Of a stretch of 64,000 nt of DNA, positions 1 through 13,106 are shown piece after piece. A program made the position numbers and the translations under genes. The stretch is from an uncultured delta proteobacterium (GTDB lineage Bacteria; Desulfobacterota; Desulfobacteria; Desulfobacterales; UBA2156). Position 1 is the first letter of the stretch; each line of letters starts with the position of its first letter. The notes beneath the pieces were generated by a model that saw only the letters and a program-made list of their open reading frames with translations, was not told where the DNA came from and did not search any database. Where the stretch lies: the NCBI GenBank assembly GCA_963736855.1, contig CAVTQK010000020.1:96001-160000 (forward strand). The letters run 5' to 3'.

Positions 1-337
1 CCGGAAACGCCCGGGACCGCCACGGTTCGATGACCAGTTCATCTCCATCGGAAAAATGCCGCATGTGCAGCTGGCATAACGTTGTCCCCCTCTCGGGACC
101 GTGGGGCCTCCCGTTGACCACCGCACCACACATCCCACAGATACCCTCACGGCAGTCGTGATCAAATGCGATGGGTTCTTTTCCCGCCTGGGTCAGTTCC
201 TCATTGAGGACGTCCAGCATCTCCAGAAACGACATGTCCGTGGATATGTTTTTTGCGGAATAAGCTTCAAGGCGCCCTTTATCCCTATTTTCGTCCTGTC
301 GCCATACTTTAAGTGTCAAGCTGATGTTCTTCTTCAC
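1..337 (-). CDS. sdhB: Succinate dehydrogenase/fumarate reductase iron-sulfur subunit (5' part, runs off window)
   Basis: Manual translation from GTG at 337 (overlaps sdhA stop): [14 protein letters not shown]...[25 protein letters not shown]...TTLCQLHMR, a 2Fe-2S motif of SdhB. Confidence 0.9.
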   Translation of the reverse strand, partial: MKKNISLTLKVWRQDENRDKGRLEAYSAKNISTDMSFLEMLDVLNEELTQAGKEPIAFDHDCREGICGMCGAVVNGRPHGPERGTTLCQLHMRHFSDGDELVIEPWRSRAFP

Positions 338-2247
338 TTGTAGCTCCTCTGGGCCAACGCCACGTTTTCAAAAACCAGGGGCTCCTTATGAAACGCAGGC
401 TCACGATCCTGACCGGTATATTCCCATGCCGCCACATGGCAAAAGTTCTTATCGTCTCGAAGCGCTTCGTTGTCCGGGGTTTGGTACGCTTCGTTGAAAT
501 GCCCGCCGCACGATTCCTGCCGGGCCAGGGCATCGAGAACTAGTAATTCTGCAAATTCCATAAAATCCGCCACACGCCCGGCCCGTTCGAGGCTTTGATT
601 GAATGCTTCATTTTGACCGGGCACCTTGACGTTTTTCCAGAATTCGCTTCGCAAAGCGCGGATCATTTCCCGTGCCTTTTTAAGACCTTCGTTGTTTCGA
701 CTCATACCGCAATATTCCCACATGATGCGCCCCAGCTCCCGGTGAAAATCATCCACCGTGCGGTGACCATTGATGGAAAGCAGTGCATCGATCCGTTTTC
801 GGGAAGGCCCGACTGCATCCTGAAAAGCCGGATGCGTTTCGGAAACCGCTTCAAGAGGGGTCGAGGCAAGATATCCACCGATCGTATAGGGAATGACGAA
901 ATAACCGTCCGCCAACCCCTGCATCAGGGCGGAAGCCCCCAGACGATTGGCTCCGTGGTCTGAGAAATTGGCTTCTCCCAGAATAAAAAGGCCTTCCACC
1001 GTGCTCATGAGGTTATAATCGACCCACAAGCCTCCCATGGCGTAATGGGCCGCCGGATAAATCATCATGGGAGTTTGGTAGGGATCTTCTCCGGTAATTT
1101 TTTCATACATTTGGAAGAGATTGCCGTACTTTTTCTCAATCGCTTCCCGGCCGTCTTGATGAATGGCGTCTCTGAAGTCCAGATATACCGCAAGACCGGT
1201 TTCACCGACCCCTTTGCCCGCATCACATTGGGCCTTGGCCGCCCGGGAAGCCACGTCCCGGGGAACGAGGTTCCCGAAATTGGGATACCGTCTTTCCAGA
1301 TAGTAATCCCGTTCCGTCTCCGGGATCTCCTCAGGACGGCGTTTATCCCCGGGCTTCACGGGCACCCATACCCGGCCGTCATTTCGCAGGCTTTCACTCA
1401 TAAGGGTGAGTTTGGATTGATGGGTGCCGTGCACCGGAATACAGGTGGGATGGATTTGGGTGAAACACGGGTTGGCGAAAAAGGCTCCCCGTTTGTAGCA
1501 GCGGAAGGCGGCAGTCACGTTGGAAGACATGGCATTGGTGGAAAGAAAATAGACGTTCCCGTAACCCCCGGTGGCCAAAACCACCGCGTGGGCGCTGTGG
1601 GTTTCAATCTCACCGGTAATCAGGTTCCTTGCCACGATTCCCCGGGCGCGGCCATTGACCAGCACCAGGTCAAGCATGTCGCGTCGGGGAAAAATGGCTA
1701 CACGGCCCGCGGCGACCTGCCTCATCATGGCGCTGTAAGCCCCCAGCAGAAGCTGCTGGCCGGTCTGCCCCCGGGCATAGAAGGTTCGGGACACCTGAGC
1801 CCCGCCGAAGCTCCGGTTAGCCAACAGTCCGCCATATTCCCTGGCAAACGGAACTCCTTGGGCTACACATTGATCGATGATAGCATTGCTGATCTGTGCC
1901 AAGCGATAGACATTGGCCTCCCGAGACCTGAAATCTCCCCCTTTTACCGTATCGTAAAAAAGCCGCCAGATGCTGTCCCCCTCATTGGTATAGTTCTTGG
2001 CTGCGTTGATGCCCCCTTGGGCTGCGATGCTGTGGGCCCGACGAGGGCTGTCCTGAATACAAAAGGCCTTAACGTTATATCCCAATTCCGCCAAAGTGGC
2101 CGACGCACTCCCTCCGGCCAGACCCGTCCCCACCACGATAATATCAAATTTACGCTTGTTTGCCGGATTCACCAGCTTGAGTTCAAACCGGTGCCGATCC
2201 CATTTCTCGGGAAGGGGACCGCTTGGGATCTTTGCATCGAGTTCCAT
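334..2247 (-). CDS. sdhA: Succinate dehydrogenase/fumarate reductase flavoprotein subunit
   Basis: GTGLAGG FAD motif, [14 protein letters not shown] covalent-FAD His motif, HYAMGG, HGANRLG. Confidence 0.95.
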   Translation of the reverse strand: MELDAKIPSGPLPEKWDRHRFELKLVNPANKRKFDIIVVGTGLAGGSASATLAELGYNVKAFCIQDSPRRAHSIAAQGGINAAKNYTNEGDSIWRLFYDTVKGGDFRSREANVYRLAQISNAIIDQCVAQGVPFAREYGGLLANRSFGGAQVSRTFYARGQTGQQLLLGAYSAMMRQVAAGRVAIFPRRDMLDLVLVNGRARGIVARNLITGEIETHSAHAVVLATGGYGNVYFLSTNAMSSNVTAAFRCYKRGAFFANPCFTQIHPTCIPVHGTHQSKLTLMSESLRNDGRVWVPVKPGDKRRPEEIPETERDYYLERRYPNFGNLVPRDVASRAAKAQCDAGKGVGETGLAVYLDFRDAIHQDGREAIEKKYGNLFQMYEKITGEDPYQTPMMIYPAAHYAMGGLWVDYNLMSTVEGLFILGEANFSDHGANRLGASALMQGLADGYFVIPYTIGGYLASTPLEAVSETHPAFQDAVGPSRKRIDALLSINGHRTVDDFHRELGRIMWEYCGMSRNNEGLKKAREMIRALRSEFWKNVKVPGQNEAFNQSLERAGRVADFMEFAELLVLDALARQESCGGHFNEAYQTPDNEALRDDKNFCHVAAWEYTGQDREPAFHKEPLVFENVALAQRSYK

Positions 2248-2274
2248 GAAATCGAATCTCCTTGTCGGATTCTT

Positions 2275-2913
2275 CTATACCCAGATCATATAAATCGGAA
2301 TAAAACCGAACCCCAAACCGATTACCACCGAAAAGATTAACCCCACCCCTTTGATGAGCGGCATATATTTTGAATGGTGAGCACCGATGGTTTGAAAGGC
2401 ACTCCAAAAACCATGGCTGACATGAACCGCCACCGCCGCCATGGCGATGACGTAAAGGGTAACCTCGATAGGGTTTTGAAAGGCTTTTTTAACAATTTCA
2501 TAAATTGTCACAGAGGTTTTATCCACAAAATGGAAACGGATCAGGTGATAAACCACAAAGGCCAGCACCAGGAGGCCTGTATAGAGCATGGTCGCCGAAC
2601 CCAAGGTCTGTCCCCCGCCGTTCTTTTTCACCGCATATTTAACCGGGCGGGCGCGATAATTCTCATAAAAAAGCCACATCCCGAAAAGCACATGCACCAG
2701 CGCCATAGCCAACAGGCCGATTTCAAATACATTCAAGAGTGGTCCGAGGCTATGCAATCGTGTTGCATAGGCGTTGAACGCCTCCCCGCCCTGATATAGA
2801 AGCAGGTTCCCCGCCAGGTGTGCGCTTAAAAATAAAATAAAACATAAGCCGGTCAGCGCCATCAGCACCTTCCGTCCAATGGAAGAGCTGAAAAACCTCA
2901 AAACCCATGCCAT
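2275..2913 (-). CDS. sdhC: Succinate dehydrogenase cytochrome b subunit
   Basis: SSIGRKVLMALTG...HLAGNL, several TM helices with His residues, upstream of sdhA. Confidence 0.9.
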   Translation of the reverse strand: MAWVLRFFSSSIGRKVLMALTGLCFILFLSAHLAGNLLLYQGGEAFNAYATRLHSLGPLLNVFEIGLLAMALVHVLFGMWLFYENYRARPVKYAVKKNGGGQTLGSATMLYTGLLVLAFVVYHLIRFHFVDKTSVTIYEIVKKAFQNPIEVTLYVIAMAAVAVHVSHGFWSAFQTIGAHHSKYMPLIKGVGLIFSVVIGLGFGFIPIYMIWV

Positions 2914-3039
2914 TGTCAAGAATCCTTCCCCTGGTTTCAAATTAATATACGGTTTTCAATCCACCTTCGCTCTTGAAGGCATCTTCTTCAAGAGCCAACA
3001 TTTTGAGCAATGCTCTTAAAATCCGAAAAAACTGAAATT

Positions 3040-3067
3040 ACTATAACACATTGCAGCCGTTTTTCAA
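3040..3067 (-). promoter_or_regulatory. Putative sigma70 promoter of sdhCAB
   Basis: Minus strand TTGAAA-16bp-TATAGT with extended -10 TG. Confidence 0.4.
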
Positions 3068-3125
3068 TTCTCAAAATCAATGTATTATCTTATGGCCGGA
3101 TTTTTCCATGCCGGATATTATCGTA

Positions 3126-3154
3126 TTGAAATTCATATCCTTTTCCCCTATACT
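3126..3154 (+). promoter_or_regulatory. Putative sigma70 promoter of pqi operon
   Basis: TTGAAA-17bp-TATACT upstream of pqiA. Confidence 0.5.
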
Positions 3155-3189
3155 GTTCAGAGAAAGGGCTTAATGGCAAGAAACCTCCT

Positions 3190-3810
3190 GTGTGTGGAAT
3201 GATCCAAGCGACGCGCCTGATTGCATGCCACGAATGCGACCTGATTCATCACCTTCCGCTAATTGCTTCCGGCAAATCGGCCCGCTGTTCCCGCTGCGGT
3301 GCGCTTTTGATCCGCAGGCGGAAAAACAGCCTGGAGCGGACACTGGCCCTTGCCCTGGCGGGGCTGGTCTTATTCTTTCTGGCCAATGCGTTTCCTTTCC
3401 TGTCGTTTAAACTGGAGACTCAGATTCAACAGACCACCCTGATCACCGGTATACGGGAGCTCTATCATCAGGATCTTCATGCGGTGGCTATGTTGGTCAT
3501 GCTGACCACAGTGGTCGTTCCACTGGTACAGCTTGCCGGGATGATCTATATTCTTCTGCCGCTGCGGTTGAATCACAAGGCGCCAAGGCTGATGGAAACC
3601 TTCCGGCTGATGCAAGCACTCAAACCATGGAGCATGACCGAAGTCTTCATGCTCGGAATCCTGGTTTCTATTGTCAAACTCGCTAAAATGGCCCAAATCA
3701 TCCCCGGCGTTGCGCTGTATTCATTTATGGCGCTCATTTTTATCCTGGCCGCCGCCACAGCCACTCTGGATCCACAAACGGTTTGGGAGCGATGGAATCC
3801 CGATCAGTGA
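3190..3810 (+). CDS. pqiA: Paraquat-inducible protein A family (first half)
   Basis: CHECD/CSRCG zinc ribbon, TM helices, PWSMTEVFMLGILVSIVKL motif. Confidence 0.9.
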   Translation: MCGMIQATRLIACHECDLIHHLPLIASGKSARCSRCGALLIRRRKNSLERTLALALAGLVLFFLANAFPFLSFKLETQIQQTTLITGIRELYHQDLHAVAMLVMLTTVVVPLVQLAGMIYILLPLRLNHKAPRLMETFRLMQALKPWSMTEVFMLGILVSIVKLAKMAQIIPGVALYSFMALIFILAAATATLDPQTVWERWNPDQ

Positions 3811-3818
3811 GGTCTCCC

Positions 3819-4448
3819 ATGTCTACGGCGAAAAATTTGGATCTCATCAGCTGCCATAGCTGCCACCTGCTTTGTCGGGCGCATAAATCAGGCTCTGTTG
3901 CCAGATGGGTATGCCCTCGGTGCGGGGCCAGGTTGCATTTCCGAAAACCCAAAAGCGTCGCACGGACCTGGGCCTTGGTAATTGCCGCGGCCATATTCTA
4001 TATTCCCGCCAATGTGCTGTCGATCACCACGGTCGTCTCATTCGGCAGCACCCAATCCGATACGATATTGAGTGGCGTGCTCTATTTCATTAAAACCGGC
4101 ATGTGGCCCATCGCCATAATCATATTTGTCGCCAGCATCGTAGTCCCGCTGGCTAAGATTTTTATCTTGAGCTTCCTTATGATTACCGTACAACTAGGGT
4201 CTGTCCGGCGCAGAAAAGACCGCACCCGCCTTTACCGAATCACGGAGGCCATCGGTCGATGGTCCATGTTGGATATCTTCGTGGTGACTATTTTAGTCGC
4301 CCTGGTGAATCTTGGCTCCTTGGCAACGGTTAAGGCCGGGCCGGCAGCGCCGTTTTTCGCCGCCGTGGTTGTCATCACCATGTTCGCGGCGATGAGTTTT
4401 GATCCCAGACTGATCTGGGACGCAAAGGAATATCCCGATGGAAAATGA
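3819..4448 (+). CDS. pqiA: Paraquat-inducible protein A family (second half)
   Basis: CHSCH/CPRCG, YIPAN, IGRWSMLDIFVV, FDPRLIWD motifs. Confidence 0.9.
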   Translation: MSTAKNLDLISCHSCHLLCRAHKSGSVARWVCPRCGARLHFRKPKSVARTWALVIAAAIFYIPANVLSITTVVSFGSTQSDTILSGVLYFIKTGMWPIAIIIFVASIVVPLAKIFILSFLMITVQLGSVRRRKDRTRLYRITEAIGRWSMLDIFVVTILVALVNLGSLATVKAGPAAPFFAAVVVITMFAAMSFDPRLIWDAKEYPDGK

Positions 4449-6195
4449 TAAAACAGGTGTACCTGATTTCAGTGAAATCCCGGAAGCCGTCATCAAAGAA
4501 GGGAAAACCCCTATTTCCATCGTTTGGATCGTACCGCTGGTGGCGCTGTTGATCGGTGGATGGCTGGTTTACAAGGCCATGTCTGAAAAAGGGCCTACTA
4601 TCACCATCTCCTTTAAAACAGCGGAAGGACTCGAAGCCGGGAAGACCAAGATCAAATATAAGGATGTGGATCTGGGCCAGGTCGATAAAATCGAACTGAG
4701 TTCGGATGTGTCCAGGGTGGTGGTTCAGGCACAACTCGTCAAGAGTGCGGAAAACCTTTTAACCGAAAATACCCGCTTTTGGGTGGTCCGGGCGCGTCTT
4801 TCCGCCGGGGAGGTCTCCGGGCTTGGAACGCTCTTTTCAGGCGCCTATATCGGTATGGACCCGGGAAATCCTGGAGAGACAGCGCGGAATTTCATCGGCC
4901 TCGAAATTCCTCCTATTGTAACCGCCGATCTTCCCGGCGCCCACTTTACCTTGCATGCCGTCAGTCTGGGTTCCCTGGATATCGGATCCCCGGTTTATTA
5001 CCGTCAGATCAAGGTGGGACAGGTGGTCGGTTACCATCTGGAAGAAGATGGAAAAGCAGTGATCATTGAAATATTCATCGGCGCACCCCATCACCGATCG
5101 GTTAATAAGAATACCCGGTTCTGGAATGCCAGCGGTCTGGACGTGGCCCTCGACGTCAATGGGGTCCGGGTGAGCACGGAATCCCTGGTCACACTGATAC
5201 TCGGCGGCATCGCTTTTGATACACCTGCAAATTTAGAGCCCGGTGGACCGGCAGAAGCAGGGGATGTTTTTCTGTTGTACGACAGCCGCGAAAAGATCTC
5301 CGAAAAGACGTACGCAAACAAATTCAACTGGCTTCTATATTTCGATGGCTCGGTCCGGGGGCTTTCCGCAGGCGCACCGGTGGAGTTCAGGGGAATCCAT
5401 GTGGGAAAGGTCTTAGATGTCAGCTTGGAACTTAACCCGGATAGACGGACCTGCCGAATCCCGGTCCTGATCGAAACCGAGCCGGAACGATTCTGGCCTG
5501 CGGATACCCCCTTTGAAGAAGCCAAACAAAAAACATTTATGACCGATCTGGTCAAAAAAGGACTCAGGGCCAAACTCAAGACAGGAAATTTACTTACCGG
5601 ACAGCTTCTGGTGGATCTGGATCTTTACCCGAACGCCGATAAAGAACAGATCGACTTTTCAGGGAAATACCCGAAGCTCCCCACTTTACCGGGTCCGACA
5701 GAAGAGATCATGGCCAACCTAACCAGCCTTCTCACCAAGCTGGAGAATTTGCCCATCGAAGCAATCGGTCAGGATCTCAGAGATACGGCCCATGGAATAA
5801 ACCGCCTGGTTAATGCTTCCGAGTTGCGTGAAGCCGTCATCACCCTCAACGAGACATTGAGCCAGGCCCAGGAGCTGATGACCCGAATCAACACCGGCAC
5901 CGCACCGGAGTTCAACGCAGGAGTGGAACAGTTCAACGCCGCTTTCTCCCGGCTCAACACTCTTGTTCAAAAATTGAACGATGAAGTGACGCCGACTATT
6001 TCCGCCACACTGCAGCAAGCACAAGGAACACTTTCCGAAATCGACAGCCTCGTCCATACGGATGCTTCCCTGTTCCAAGGACTCAAGCGTGCCCTGTCGG
6101 AAATCGAAGGTGCCGCCCGTGCCATCCGCGTGACGGCGGACTACATCAGCCGGCATCCCGACGCCCTGATATACGGAAAAGGAAGTGAGAAATGA
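4438..6195 (+). CDS. pqiB: MCE-family intermembrane transport protein PqiB
   Basis: N-terminal TM (WIVPLVAL), three MCE-like repeats, helical C-terminus ending HPDALIYGK. Confidence 0.9.
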   Translation: MENDKTGVPDFSEIPEAVIKEGKTPISIVWIVPLVALLIGGWLVYKAMSEKGPTITISFKTAEGLEAGKTKIKYKDVDLGQVDKIELSSDVSRVVVQAQLVKSAENLLTENTRFWVVRARLSAGEVSGLGTLFSGAYIGMDPGNPGETARNFIGLEIPPIVTADLPGAHFTLHAVSLGSLDIGSPVYYRQIKVGQVVGYHLEEDGKAVIIEIFIGAPHHRSVNKNTRFWNASGLDVALDVNGVRVSTESLVTLILGGIAFDTPANLEPGGPAEAGDVFLLYDSREKISEKTYANKFNWLLYFDGSVRGLSAGAPVEFRGIHVGKVLDVSLELNPDRRTCRIPVLIETEPERFWPADTPFEEAKQKTFMTDLVKKGLRAKLKTGNLLTGQLLVDLDLYPNADKEQIDFSGKYPKLPTLPGPTEEIMANLTSLLTKLENLPIEAIGQDLRDTAHGINRLVNASELREAVITLNETLSQAQELMTRINTGTAPEFNAGVEQFNAAFSRLNTLVQKLNDEVTPTISATLQQAQGTLSEIDSLVHTDASLFQGLKRALSEIEGAARAIRVTADYISRHPDALIYGKGSEK

Positions 6196-6815
6196 TTCGA
6201 ATGCTGAAAAAGCAATGGCCAGCCTGGCTTTCGACCGGAATATTCATTCTTTCAATTGCCGGATGTCGGGGTCCTTCCGCACCGGTCCATTTTTATACGC
6301 TGACGCCCGCAGCTAACCGACCCCCACAAAAGGCAGTTTCGGTTTTTCCTAAAGTCCGGAGTATCGGCATCGGTCCCATCGAGATTCCGGAGCTTTACAA
6401 TCGTCCCCAGATTGTCACAAAGACCAGTGAAAACCAGGTCGATATTTCCGAAAATCACCGCTGGGCCGGACTCCTGCGGGAGGAAATTGCATACGTTTTG
6501 ACAGAAAACCTCTCTGCACTGCTGCAGTCCGACCGAATCATCCCCTTCCCCTGGGACAGTCTCCCTGAACCGGATCTTAAAATATCCTTGAAAGTCAACC
6601 GTTTTGAAGGGGCTCTTGGAGAAAAAGCGATCTTGGATGCCACCTGGTCCATGAGCCGGACCCAACCCCGTGAAGTCATCTTGGTTAGAAAGGCATTTCT
6701 TGAAGAGCCGGTGGCCGATGAAACATATCTTTCGTATGTGGCAGCTGAGAGCCGCCTTTTGGCCGCCTTCAGCCGGGAACTGGCGTCAGAGATCCTGAAA
6801 TATCGGCTGGAATAA
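6192..6815 (+). CDS. pqiC: PqiC-family lipoprotein
   Basis: Lipobox IAGC, HFYTL, NRPQIV, HRWA motifs; follows pqiB. Confidence 0.85.
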   Translation: MIRMLKKQWPAWLSTGIFILSIAGCRGPSAPVHFYTLTPAANRPPQKAVSVFPKVRSIGIGPIEIPELYNRPQIVTKTSENQVDISENHRWAGLLREEIAYVLTENLSALLQSDRIIPFPWDSLPEPDLKISLKVNRFEGALGEKAILDATWSMSRTQPREVILVRKAFLEEPVADETYLSYVAAESRLLAAFSRELASEILKYRLE

Positions 6816-6874
6816 CTTCCAAACAAAAGGTCAAGTCAGAGGGTTTTAGTTACGGATGGTTTCTGAAAAACGGG

Positions 6875-7579
6875 CTAAGGATCGGAATACAACTCTTGGC
6901 GAATTTCGGCTTTTCGGCGCATCCAGTAGCGGGTTGCTTCCGGATTTTGCGTTTGTTTAGCACATTTGATAAGCCCTGAAACAGCCCCGATCCCTGATGG
7001 ATTTTGTTTCAGGGCTTCCATAAACACATCGCGTGCCAAGCCGTATTCATTTCTCCGGTAATGGGCCCAACCTAAGAGGTCGCAAATCAAAAAGGATGAT
7101 GGGCATATCGCTGCCACCCTGGCAAATGGTTCGATGTCCAGGACAGAAGCCTCCTGTTGAAAGGAAAGAAGATAAAAGCTCTCGAGTACCCGCCCCAGTG
7201 CATCCAACCCCTCCCAGGAGATCCTTTCCGGCCATAGTGCGGCCCTCTGCTGAAAGGCATCAAAAAGAAGACCCTGCCGGGAGACTCCATTGATAAAGAT
7301 TTTCCGAAACCCCACCAGGTGATCTTCGATTTGAACCGAAAGGGTATCCTCCCAGGGTTCGACTTCTTTCAGCGAATCCGTCATTTCCAGGAAAACCGTT
7401 TGATCGCTGTAAATACCCGAAAACCAGTAACGGATCTTCTGATGAATTCCCATGGCGAACAGGTTCAGGTTGACACCCGGGTTCCTGCAGTAGACGGCAA
7501 GCTGTCCTGCTTCCGGAAATATCCGGTTTGCCCTCCATCCGAACCACATCTCCTCAAGCCGTGTACAAAGCGCCAGCAC
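6875..7579 (-). CDS. Hypothetical protein with C-terminal TPR-like repeat (start uncertain; frame open to 7699)
   Basis: LLGWAHYRRNEYGLARDVFMEALKQNP TPR-like helix pair. Confidence 0.55.
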   Translation of the reverse strand: MLALCTRLEEMWFGWRANRIFPEAGQLAVYCRNPGVNLNLFAMGIHQKIRYWFSGIYSDQTVFLEMTDSLKEVEPWEDTLSVQIEDHLVGFRKIFINGVSRQGLLFDAFQQRAALWPERISWEGLDALGRVLESFYLLSFQQEASVLDIEPFARVAAICPSSFLICDLLGWAHYRRNEYGLARDVFMEALKQNPSGIGAVSGLIKCAKQTQNPEATRYWMRRKAEIRQELYSDP

Positions 7580-7713
7580 GTTGCCCAGCAGGAAATGCAG
7601 CCCCAGGCCGATTCCTGAAAAAGGCGTTTCCGGACCGGGCCGTATCGGTAAGACGATGGCCCGATTTTTTTCTGTCGGATTGATCGGGTCGCTTCCGTTT
7701 TAAAAGCGAGCCG

Positions 7714-8499
7714 CTAGAAACTCAGCATGAAACCGACCATCGGACCGTGCCATGTGGTATCGAACTGAAATCTATTTGAACCGTCTCCGTCCTTGTAGTC
7801 GACGCTCAGAATACGATACCCGAGCCAGGCGCTGAAAATCTCCGTAAAGTCGTAACCAAACGCTGCCGTAAAATTATAGGTGAAGTCAGATCCGGCACCA
7901 AATCCACCGATATCCCCCCTTGCCTTAAAAGCCGCTTTCCGGGCTATCGGGGCTAAAATCCGCAATCCGATGAAGGGGTCATGCCAATCCGCAGTTTGTT
8001 CAAATTTTCCGATTCTAGTGTTTCGGATTTTGCCTGTGACATCCCAGTATCGTCCACCGCCCAGAATATCCATGCGGAAAGCGGGTTCAGACCCCCTTCC
8101 TGAGGGAGGGCCCACCACTCGATAAAACCCACCGACCTCAAGGATTCGGATGCTGGCTTCCGTATTGGTTGTCCCCGCAGCCGTGGTTTCTTCCATCGTA
8201 ATTTCCGAATAGGTGGGATCGACAAATGCCCCCCATCGACCCTTCCCGATCTCGATATTCAGATTCCCCCCGTACTCGAAATCCGACCATACATCATCAA
8301 AACCGGCATCCATAGATGCCCGCTGACCCTTGACCGTGATGTCCCCGTCGATGCCCGACATCCAAAAATAGGGGGCGATCGAAAAAGACCACGGGTTAGA
8401 ATCGGTCGCCGACTGCTGGGCAGCGGCCGGAATGACCCATCCGATAGCTAACAGCATCATTCCACACAGAATCCACCTTGTTTTCAAATTTCCAGTCAT
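7714..8499 (-). CDS. Outer-membrane beta-barrel protein
   Basis: Signal peptide (..IPAAA), alternating aromatic beta strands, C-terminal Phe. Confidence 0.75.
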   Translation of the reverse strand: MTGNLKTRWILCGMMLLAIGWVIPAAAQQSATDSNPWSFSIAPYFWMSGIDGDITVKGQRASMDAGFDDVWSDFEYGGNLNIEIGKGRWGAFVDPTYSEITMEETTAAGTTNTEASIRILEVGGFYRVVGPPSGRGSEPAFRMDILGGGRYWDVTGKIRNTRIGKFEQTADWHDPFIGLRILAPIARKAAFKARGDIGGFGAGSDFTYNFTAAFGYDFTEIFSAWLGYRILSVDYKDGDGSNRFQFDTTWHGPMVGFMLSF

Positions 8500-8632
8500 G
8501 GCACAGGCCCCTTTCTCTGTCTCATTGTTTGGAAATTGACTCCTGCCTTAATTGAGTAAACGGATCTGCTTTGTTTTGCGTTTCATTTAGCGCTTATAAG
8601 TCTTTTTCAGCAACTCGTCCATTCAAAAAGCG

Positions 8633-9034
8633 TCAGCGTTCACAAAGCTCCACCAGAACGCCGTTGGTGGCTTTCGGATGCAAAAAGGCAATCCTGGCGC
8701 CTCCAGCGCCTTTTCTGGGTTTTTCGTCGATGAGCGCCACCCCTTTTTCCTTTAAGAAGGCCAAAGCCTCCTCGATATTTTCCACGCGAAAGGCCACGTG
8801 CTGGATTCCTTCCCCTCTTTTTTCGATGAACTTAGCGACGGGTCCATCTGAAGCGGTGGACTCTAAAAGCTCCACCTCGCTTTCCCCCACCGGGAAAAAA
8901 GCAGTGGTCACCTTTTGTTCCGTTACCGTCTCGGTCCCTTCAAAGGGAAGTCCCAGAATATTGGTCCAGAGGGCTTTTCCGGCATCGATGCTTTTAACAG
9001 CGATGCCGAGGTGATCGATCTTCAAGATCTTCAT
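8633..9034 (-). CDS. mce: Methylmalonyl-CoA epimerase
   Basis: [35 protein letters not shown]. Confidence 0.92.
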   Translation of the reverse strand: MKILKIDHLGIAVKSIDAGKALWTNILGLPFEGTETVTEQKVTTAFFPVGESEVELLESTASDGPVAKFIEKRGEGIQHVAFRVENIEEALAFLKEKGVALIDEKPRKGAGGARIAFLHPKATNGVLVELCER

Positions 9035-9050
9035 GGGTTTTCCTCCTGAT

Positions 9051-10232
9051 TTATTGAAATTTTTTTATGGTCCGTCGGAAGCCGGGAAGCGCATTGATGA
9101 TGGTTTCATCGTCCACGCAGAAAGCCACCCTGAAATGTCCCGGCCCCATGAACCCGCTACCCGGAACAGCCAGGATCAGCTCTTCTTGAAGCGTCTGGAC
9201 AAACTTGACGTCGTCCGGGATCGGAGACTTGGGAAAGAGATAAAAGGCGCCCCTGGGGTGGGTGAACTCATACCCACATTCGGCCATGCCATCACACAAA
9301 AGCTTTCGCTTCCGGGCGTAAGCGGCAAGATCGACCTGAACGCCTTGGAGCATAGCCACCGCCCGCTGCATCAGGGCCGGGGCGTTGACAAACCCGAGAA
9401 TCCGGTTTGCCAGAGCCAATCCTCCCAGAAGAGATTGCCGATGGGTTGCACCGGGATTTACCGCAATGAATCCGATCCGTTCCCCAGGGATGGAAAGATC
9501 CTTGGAGTAGGAAGTCACGATGATGGAATCCTTGTAACATGGAAAAATGCTGGGAACGGTGACCCCGTCATAGACGATCTTCCGGTAGGGTTCATCCGAA
9601 ATCAAGTACAGGGTCCGATTCAGAGATCGTCCTTTTTCGGAAAGCAGGGTGCCCAGATTTTTAAGGCTTTCTTCGGGATAGACCTGGCCCGTGGGGTTAT
9701 TGGGAGAGTTGATCAGGACCGCCTTGGTCTTTTCCGTGATAGCATCCGATATGGCGTCCAAATCCAGTGCAAAGCCAGGTCTCGTGGAAACGGTTTTAAG
9801 AATTCCTCCATGGTTGTCCACGTAAGTGTTGTACTCCACGAAATAAGGGGCCGGGCAGATGACCTCGTCTTGAGGATCGAGGATGGTTTTCAAGGTGACG
9901 TTGAGGGCGCCTGCCGCACCGCAGGTCATGATGACTTCGTCTTGGGTCACTGGTGTTTTCTGTTCTTTGGAAAGATATCCGGCAACGGCCTCCCTCACGA
10001 AGGGGTATCCTGTGTTTGGCATGTAGCCATGATCTCCGGGTTTGGAGGATTGAATCAGATCGAGCAACACCTCCTTAAACCGATCCGGCGGAGGGAGGTT
10101 GGGATTGCCTAGGCTGAAATCAAATACATTTTTTGCCCCGTGCTTGGCTTTTAGCTTTGCTCCCTCTTCAAACATCTTGCGGATCCAAGACTGCCGACTC
10201 TGCATCATCTCGATTTTTTTGGCAACCGTCAT
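9051..10232 (-). CDS. PLP-dependent class I/II aminotransferase (aspartate aminotransferase-like)
   Basis: [30 protein letters not shown]-lysine motif. Confidence 0.9.
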   Translation of the reverse strand: MTVAKKIEMMQSRQSWIRKMFEEGAKLKAKHGAKNVFDFSLGNPNLPPPDRFKEVLLDLIQSSKPGDHGYMPNTGYPFVREAVAGYLSKEQKTPVTQDEVIMTCGAAGALNVTLKTILDPQDEVICPAPYFVEYNTYVDNHGGILKTVSTRPGFALDLDAISDAITEKTKAVLINSPNNPTGQVYPEESLKNLGTLLSEKGRSLNRTLYLISDEPYRKIVYDGVTVPSIFPCYKDSIIVTSYSKDLSIPGERIGFIAVNPGATHRQSLLGGLALANRILGFVNAPALMQRAVAMLQGVQVDLAAYARKRKLLCDGMAECGYEFTHPRGAFYLFPKSPIPDDVKFVQTLQEELILAVPGSGFMGPGHFRVAFCVDDETIINALPGFRRTIKKFQ

Positions 10233-10312
10233 GAAAAGTCTCCAGATTTCCATTCCGCCGAACCGGTCAGCCGTTCAGGCTGGGGATCGACAACTGGCGT
10301 TTCGTATTTGGA

Positions 10313-10534
10313 TTAATTAACCGCTTCCACGGATTTGACCTCCGGAACATCCCCTTTGATCAGCCGCTCGATACCGTTTTTAAGCGTCATCTGGGACATG
10401 GGGCATCCGGCGCAGGCTCCCTGAAGACGGACTTTCACCACGCCGTCGACAACGTCCACCAGCTCGACATTTCCGCCGTCCCGCATCAGCAGTGGCTTGA
10501 TCTTATCAATGGCTTTTTTCACTTTTTCTTTCAT
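10313..10534 (-). CDS. NifU/NfuA C-terminal domain protein
   Basis: DGGNVELV...GACAGCPMS...TLKNGIE. Confidence 0.9.
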   Translation of the reverse strand: MKEKVKKAIDKIKPLLMRDGGNVELVDVVDGVVKVRLQGACAGCPMSQMTLKNGIERLIKGDVPEVKSVEAVN

Positions 10535-10600
10535 GGGGTTCTCCCTTCTGCTTGGCCTTTTAGGTCCTAAAAGTATGCCCAGACATTCTGTGTGACCATA

Positions 10601-12786
<2,186 letters not shown>

Positions 12787-12789
12787 GGA

Positions 12790-12978
12790 TTATAGCTTTC
12801 GCCCCAGATAAACCAGAAAAACACCCAAAGCCATCAGGATCAAACCCAGGTTTCGCAGGCTTTTCTCCTGCATGATCTCGATCTTTTTCATCCAGGTTTT
12901 CATTTTTTCCGGAAACACAAAATACGGAAGGCCCTCCACCACCATCACCATTCCCATTACACATAAAAAAAAGTCCAT
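12790..12978 (-). CDS. DUF2065-family small membrane protein
   Basis: GMVMVVEGLPYFVFP, two hydrophobic helices. Confidence 0.8.
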   Translation of the reverse strand: MDFFLCVMGMVMVVEGLPYFVFPEKMKTWMKKIEIMQEKSLRNLGLILMALGVFLVYLGRKL

Positions 12979-13106
12979 GATTTTACCTGGTTAGCTCCGT
13001 CCTGGCTTCTGATATCGTTTGTCTGCCACCCACAAAAGCGCTTGACTATACACCATAACAAGCGTTACAGGAAAGTCCAAAACGTATTAAAACCACGGGG
13101 AAATTT

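Noticed and set aside
3190..6815. Split pqiA as a novel feature
   Set aside because: Two-gene pqiA with pqiBC is a common arrangement
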